Program-made: the position numbers and the translations under genes
Source of the DNA: a virus
Lineage: Duplodnaviria > Caudoviricetes
Reading direction: 5' to 3' (one strand)
Length of the DNA: 64,000 nt
Virus record (IMG/VR): IMGVR_UViG_3300021255_000131
Span: 1 to 64,000 of that record
Shown: piece after piece, positions 59,756-64,000 of the stretch
Numbering within the stretch: position 1 is the stretch's first letter
Layout of the letters: each line of letters begins with the position of its first letter
The notes under the pieces: generated by a model
The model's database searches: none
The model's input: only the letters and a program-made list of their open reading frames with translations
Told to the model about the DNA's origin: nothing

Positions 59756-59829
59756 TAGGGCTTCTTGGACTCGAACCAAGGACCTGCGCTTTATAAGAGC
59801 GCTGCTCTGACCTGCTGAGCTAAAGCCCC
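59756..59829 (-). tRNA. tRNA-Ile(TAT)
   Basis: GGGGCTT/AAGCCCT acceptor, GCGCT-CTTATAA-AGCGC anticodon arm, GGTTCGAGTCC. Confidence 0.88.
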
Positions 59830-59832
59830 GGA

Positions 59833-59903
59833 CTGAGGCGGCGGGAGTTGAACCTGCGATGCGGGAGTCAAAGTCCCGTGCCTTACCGTTTGGCGACGCC
59901 TCA
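59833..59903 (-). tRNA. tRNA-Gln(TTG)
   Basis: TGAGGCG/CGCCTCA acceptor and CGGGA-CTTTGAC-TCCCG arm. Confidence 0.92.
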
Positions 59904-59982
59904 ATAAAAAGAGCCTGCGTGCCGAACCTATAGCACGCAGGCTTGCGCAGAAAGGATTGCTGACTTGTTTCACATCAGCAAC

Positions 59983-60058
59983 TGGTGGAGACTGGCGGAA
60001 TTGAACCGCCGGCTTCCTGCTTGCAAAGCAGGCGCTCTGCTAACTGAGTTAAGTCCCC
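59983..60058 (-). tRNA. tRNA-Ala(TGC), CCA encoded
   Basis: GGGGACT/AGTCTCC acceptor with G3:U70; CCTGC-TTTGCAA-GCAGG arm. Confidence 0.93.
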
Positions 60059-60158
60059 ACGTGCACCGGTTAGATTATAGCGCCCAAACCGGTGCCAAAA
60101 CGACGTACAGAAGTGCCGGTCATGACTCCGGCATACTGCCCCCTGTAAGGCAGCATCT

Positions 60159-60228
60159 TAGACCCTGCCTGACTCGAACAGGCGCATAAGCCATACTCGC
60201 TTCGCTCTGCCAACTGAGCTAAGGATCC
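60159..60228 (-). tRNA. tRNA-like gene with aberrant anticodon arm
   Basis: Normal acceptor, D and T arms. The anticodon arm AAGC-GAGTATG-GCTT lacks U33 and purine 37. Confidence 0.65.
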
Positions 60229-60479
60229 ATATGCGCGTAAACCTCACCGATGTAAACCGCGCCGCTGCGTTCTTACGTCTGCCGACTTCTTCGCTTTTGC
60301 TCCATTAGCAGATCAAACGTCAGCTTTAACCGCTTCTCTCTTGTGCGGAGGTTTTGTTTGCAACGCTGCAAACAAGGTGTGGGATTGGATCAAAGGCAAG
60401 ACTAATTGCGCAACCCAAGCCTTCTGTTCCAACGGCGTTGCGCGTGAGCTGCGCCATTTTCCGGCAGCTCGTCCCGACG

Positions 60480-60552
60480 AGGCCCCTGCGTGACTTGAAC
60501 ACGCGACAAGCTGGTTAACAGCCAGCTGCTCTGCCAGCTGAGCTAAGGGGCC
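60480..60552 (-). tRNA. tRNA-Asn(GTT)
   Basis: GGCCCCT/AGGGGCC acceptor and GCTGG-CTGTTAA-CCAGC arm. Confidence 0.88.
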
Positions 60553-60555
60553 ATG

Positions 60556-60771
60556 TTACAGCATTTGAAAAAATTCGGATTCTTCTACGGGGGCGCACAG
60601 ATAATCGAAATCGTCGTCTTCGACCCAATACTTGCCACCGGGGCCGTCAACAAAGATGTTACTGCCATTGACCTCCAGGACCGTGCCGATCCAGCCCGTT
60701 TTTGTAATCGAATAATAAACCGACGCTTTTTCGTTGCCGACGACCTCGTCGCCTATAGAAAATTTAGGCAT
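60556..60771 (-). CDS. Small SH3/KOW-like protein with EFFQML tail
   Basis: 'KFSIGDEVV..GWIGTVLEV..IFV..YWV'; AAAGGAG RBS. Confidence 0.72.
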   Translation of the reverse strand: MPKFSIGDEVVGNEKASVYYSITKTGWIGTVLEVNGSNIFVDGPGGKYWVEDDDFDYLCAPVEESEFFQML

Positions 60772-60997
60772 AGAAGACTCCTTTCAAAAAAGATCTCGCC
60801 CGGGGACGTAAGTTATTGTGGAACCGTCCCCGGACTTGCAGTCACACTGCCATGGCCTGTTTATCCTGCGGCATTTATGGACTGTGCCGTAAACCTCGCG
60901 TTGCATCCGAGCTCAACGCATGCTCTGAAAGGAGGTAATCACATGGCTCCCTGCCCGAGTCGAACGGGCTATTCCAATATGGCGTGTCGTCGTAACA

Positions 60998-61264
60998 CTA
61001 TGGGAGCATGGCGGTGAATTCCTCTATGTCGACATCATTATATGGCGAAAAATACTCATCGTGCGTTAATTGAAAAGTCTTTCCGTTGGCCCAGCGGTAG
61101 CAATATTCGCCGCAGTCATACCTTAAGAATACGACGGGATAATTCGTTTCGTCCAGCAGCATCCTGGCGAAGCCAGGGTTCATACCTTCTCCTCTGGAGG
61201 TGCGTCTACTGGCCGCGCATTCGCGGCCGTAGTCGTTAAGGATCAAAAGATCTCCTGTTTCCAT
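60998..61264 (-). CDS. Small SH3-like protein with EFTAML tail
   Basis: 'METGDLLIL..'; AAGGAG RBS. Confidence 0.65.
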   Translation of the reverse strand: METGDLLILNDYGRECAASRRTSRGEGMNPGFARMLLDETNYPVVFLRYDCGEYCYRWANGKTFQLTHDEYFSPYNDVDIEEFTAMLP

Positions 61265-61273
61265 ACAAACTCC

Positions 61274-61546
61274 TTATAGCAATTTTAAAAAATCATCTTC
61301 AGCAGCCTCTTCGACGTACGGTATGATATAATGACCTTCGAGCCCCAGACAATAATATGAGCCTATGTGTTCTGCCAATTCAAAGCACCCATCTTGCACT
61401 TTGGTGATCATCAGCGGCTTTCCGTTGGCGAAATCTCGTCCGAGTTTGAGTTTTTCCGCTGAAAAACTGCTCATGTAAATTTGTCTGACGTGAGCTGCTT
61501 CTTCCGGTTTTACTACAACCATATCGCCAACTTTTAATTTTTCCAT
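61274..61546 (-). CDS. Small SH3/KOW-like protein with DFLKLL tail
   Basis: Start MEKLKVGDMVVVK after GGAG. Confidence 0.7.
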   Translation of the reverse strand: MEKLKVGDMVVVKPEEAAHVRQIYMSSFSAEKLKLGRDFANGKPLMITKVQDGCFELAEHIGSYYCLGLEGHYIIPYVEEAAEDDFLKLL

Positions 61547-61869
61547 TATTTCGTCTCCAGTCGCGGGTTTATAAATTTTAAAAAGCGTCATTACGGCAAG
61601 ACAGCTTGGCAAAGCAGTGGTAACTTCGGCCACGGTAAAAAAGCCGGGATAGCCCAGGAGGAGGGAGCTATCCCGGCAACGGTGAGGAGGTGATGCGCTC
61701 TTGTACGGCTTGACCGACGTTGACGGTCGCGGCCGCATAAAAAGGCGGAGCTGCCTTTCACAGCTCCGCGTCGTCGTCAAGTTCTTCAGCGTCTTCGAAG
61801 AGCGCCTCCGCGATATAGAAGGCCTCTATATCCTCAAAGGAGGCGTTTTCGCTGTACGGATCCATCTGC

Positions 61870-62274
61870 TTAGCCGAACGGGAACTCGTCGGGCTCCTCG
61901 GTCGCGGGAGCGGGAGCCGCGGGGGCTTCCTCGCCGTCACGCTTCTGCGCAGACAGGAACTCGAAGTTCTGGATGACGTTGATTTCGGGGCTGGCACGCC
62001 AGGACCCATCCTGCGTGGACTGATAGACCGACACCTTCAGCGGGCCTTCGACGAGCACCTGGGTGCCCTTCTTCAGGTACGGAGCGGTGTTGGTGGCCTG
62101 ATTGCGCCACATGGTGCAGCGGACATAGGTGACGGGGCGCTGGCCCTGTTCGTCACGGCGGCCGGAGTTAGCGGCGACGGTGAATGTGCACACGGGCGTC
62201 TGCACGCCAGAAACATTGCGGTTGACCAGCACAGCGTCATTGGTCAGATGTCCTACGATGGTGAGCTTATTCAT
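61870..62274 (-). CDS. ssb: Second single-stranded DNA-binding protein
   Basis: 'MNKLTIVGHLTND', 'FTVAAN', 'YLKKGTQVLVEG' and tail DEFPFG. Confidence 0.92.
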   Translation of the reverse strand: MNKLTIVGHLTNDAVLVNRNVSGVQTPVCTFTVAANSGRRDEQGQRPVTYVRCTMWRNQATNTAPYLKKGTQVLVEGPLKVSVYQSTQDGSWRASPEINVIQNFEFLSAQKRDGEEAPAAPAPATEEPDEFPFG

Positions 62275-62435
62275 GTGATACCTCTTTCTGCCCGGCTAAC
62301 GGGCGTGATCAATATTGGCGTAAGCCGAAGTTTTAGAACCTGTAGCAGGTTCAAAATATATCGTTTAGCGCCGGAGCATTCGTCTGCAGCGCTTAACGAG
62401 CGTATTTGCCGGCCGCGGAAATTGTTTTCTTTTCC

Positions 62436-62489
62436 CGCAAACCTTTCATCATGGCTGCGGCCCGTCCCCGGGCCGCCCTGCTGGCGTAA
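62436..62489. repeat. 54-nt structured repeat, copy 1
   Basis: CGCAAACCTTTCATCATGGCT-GCGGCCCG-TCCC-CGGGCCGC-CCTGCTGGCGTAA. Confidence 0.85.
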
Positions 62490-62509
62490 AGACCAGCTGG
62501 GGAGGGGCG

Positions 62510-62689
62510 TCAGGCTTTCAATAAGCCGGTCGCAGGAAGCGGCGCTTTCTCGCCGAGATATTTGCTGAGCGTTCTGGCGATCTTGAGCCACGCTTCTCTG
62601 TCGTGTTCTTCCCTGGCGATCTTGTTGAGCACGCAGCCCATCGTCGGGTCGAGCTGCTTGGAGCCGTTGTAATACAAGCTTTTATCCAT
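62510..62689 (-). CDS. Small hypothetical protein between the two repeats
   Basis: Start MDKSLYYNGS after GAAAGGAG; 'YNGS...DPT' motif. Confidence 0.6.
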   Translation of the reverse strand: MDKSLYYNGSKQLDPTMGCVLNKIAREEHDREAWLKIARTLSKYLGEKAPLPATGLLKA

Positions 62690-62711
62690 ACGACAATCTC
62701 CTTTCAGGCTA

Positions 62712-62765
62712 CGTAAACCTTTCATCCTGGCTGCGCGGCGTCCCCGCCGCGCCCTGCTGGCGTAA
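62712..62765. repeat. 54-nt structured repeat, copy 2
   Basis: CGTAAACCTTTCATCCTGGCT-GCGCGGCG-TCCC-CGCCGCGC-CCTGCTGGCGTAA. Confidence 0.85.
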
Positions 62766-62858
62766 CAACTGCCGGGCAGCGAAAATAAAGCACTTGTGCC
62801 GGCTTTCTATGGTTAAAAAAGTGAACTTAAAATGCGAAAAATGTAACAGAAATTTAAC

Positions 62859-62887
62859 TTGACAGCGATTTTTCGCGGCAGTATAAT
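62859..62887 (+). promoter_or_regulatory. Consensus sigma-A/sigma-70 promoter
   Basis: TTGACA (62859-64), 17-bp spacer, TATAAT (62882-87), with AT-rich sequence upstream. Confidence 0.85.
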
Positions 62888-63633
62888 GGAATCCCGAGAA
62901 AAACCACCATGGTGCCGCCCGTCCTCGGGCGGCGTTGCCAAGAAGATAGAAACGAGCCAAGCAAGAACAGTGAACATTAGCTTGGCCGGCTTAAGGCGAG
63001 ATATGGTTATAAACATGTATAATCTGGTACCAGAAAATACTGTCGACATTCAAGAATCGATATATATGGAAAGAGAAGCCCAAAACGCAGAAGTACGCGA
63101 ATCGCGTGAAGCGCGATTCGCCTGATAACTACACGACGGTTAAAAGATAACCGAAGTGAAGCTGACAGGACGGCATTGAATAAAGCGTCGTTCCCATGGA
63201 AGGAACGACGCGCTGAAACAGTGAAAACTTAGGCTTGAAGAGAAACGCAGGACCTGCATAACAGGACCTGCAATGAAAAATATCTCCCGTCGCCCATGGA
63301 AGGCGACGGGAGGGTGATGAAGATAACATGTCTAAAGAAAGAAAAGAACCTCGAAGCTGACACGCTGAAGTCAAAAGAAAGAAACGAACTTTCTTTCTTT
63401 TCAGGCACGATGAAGATAACTACAGAGGGTAGAGAGATAACACCTCCTCGATATAGGAATAAAAAAGGAATCAAAAGGACAAAACTGTGAAAGAACTACT
63501 CGTGCTTCTGAGTAAACACAAGATATTGTATCCGATTCCCCTCCTTTCTACTACATCTTGATATATCTCCAATATTGCTGATATATCACCTCTTTTCCTG
63601 TTATCGTTCGGCATGGTTTTAAGTTAGCAGTGT

Positions 63634-63672
63634 AAATAGGGGAGCGCCGGTGAAGCGCTCCCCTTATTTTTT
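63634..63672. terminator. Probable bidirectional terminator
   Basis: AAATAGGGGAGCGC-CGGTGAA-GCGCTCCCCTTATTTTTT. Confidence 0.75.
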
Positions 63673-63973
63673 ACATATGCACGTCGTAGCCTTTCAGCCA
63701 GTCAGGATTCACCGCCATTGTATCCGCTAACACGGTGAACTTGTCATCTTTCGGGCAGTACTTTTCATGTTCGTAGTTGTAGACATCCTGGTATGAAATT
63801 CTGATGCCGGATCCGTTGGCTTTCAGGTTTGCCATTTTGACGAGCTGTATTCTGGACATGGGCTTACCGTCAACACCGTGCATCGTTCTCCACTGGATAG
63901 AGCGTTGGCCGAGCGTAGCAACTTTGTGGGTGGACACTCTGCGATAGGCTACCGAATTGTAGGGATACATCAT
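63671..63973 (-). CDS. XRE-family HTH regulator
   Basis: 'TLGQRSIQWR..MSRIQLVK..ISYQDVYNYE...P....LAD...VNPDWL'; AAGGAGG RBS. Confidence 0.8.
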   Translation of the reverse strand: MMYPYNSVAYRRVSTHKVATLGQRSIQWRTMHGVDGKPMSRIQLVKMANLKANGSGIRISYQDVYNYEHEKYCPKDDKFTVLADTMAVNPDWLKGYDVHM

Positions 63974-64000
63974 AATACGTTTCCTCCTTTACGGGCGCGG

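Noticed and set aside
62859-63125. 88-aa + strand ORF
   Set aside because: Its TTG and first ATG fall inside the -35 and -10 boxes and there is no RBS; treated as probably non-coding.
1-64000. CRISPR array
   Set aside because: No regularly spaced direct repeats with unique spacers were seen. The Cas4-like nuclease sits in the replication module.
1-64000. Stop-codon reassignment
   Set aside because: Genes are full length under the standard code and no suppressor tRNA is present.

Overview
The window is a 64-kb segment of a large temperate tailed phage, probably infecting a Firmicute (strong AGGAGG ribosome-binding sites, YonO-like RNA polymerase, RemA homologue). It has two convergent arms. 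The + arm (1-18.6 kb) holds tail and fibre genes and a lysis cassette. An intact attP with a tRNA 3'-end core and a tyrosine integrase follow at 18.7-20.0 kb. The - arm (20-62.8 kb) holds many small genes, seven canonical tRNAs, an RNA ligase, ClpP, PhoH, RuvC, NrdDG, ThyX, dUTPase, DnaE, a primase-helicase, two SSBs, Sak and a YonO-like single-subunit RNA polymerase. The most notable locus is at 53.5-58.4 kb: ubiquitin-like fusion protein > E2-like > JAB peptidase > E1/ThiF > retron-type reverse transcriptase > an msr/msd-like ncRNA placed downstream of the RT, just upstream of the RNA polymerase gene. Upstream of this locus and elsewhere, about 11 small proteins, mostly SH3/KOW-like, share a C-terminal acidic 'EFxx[ML]L' tail that may dock on a common partner. 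Several other unexplained structured non-coding elements are present. All calls come from reading motifs by eye; no database searches were run.
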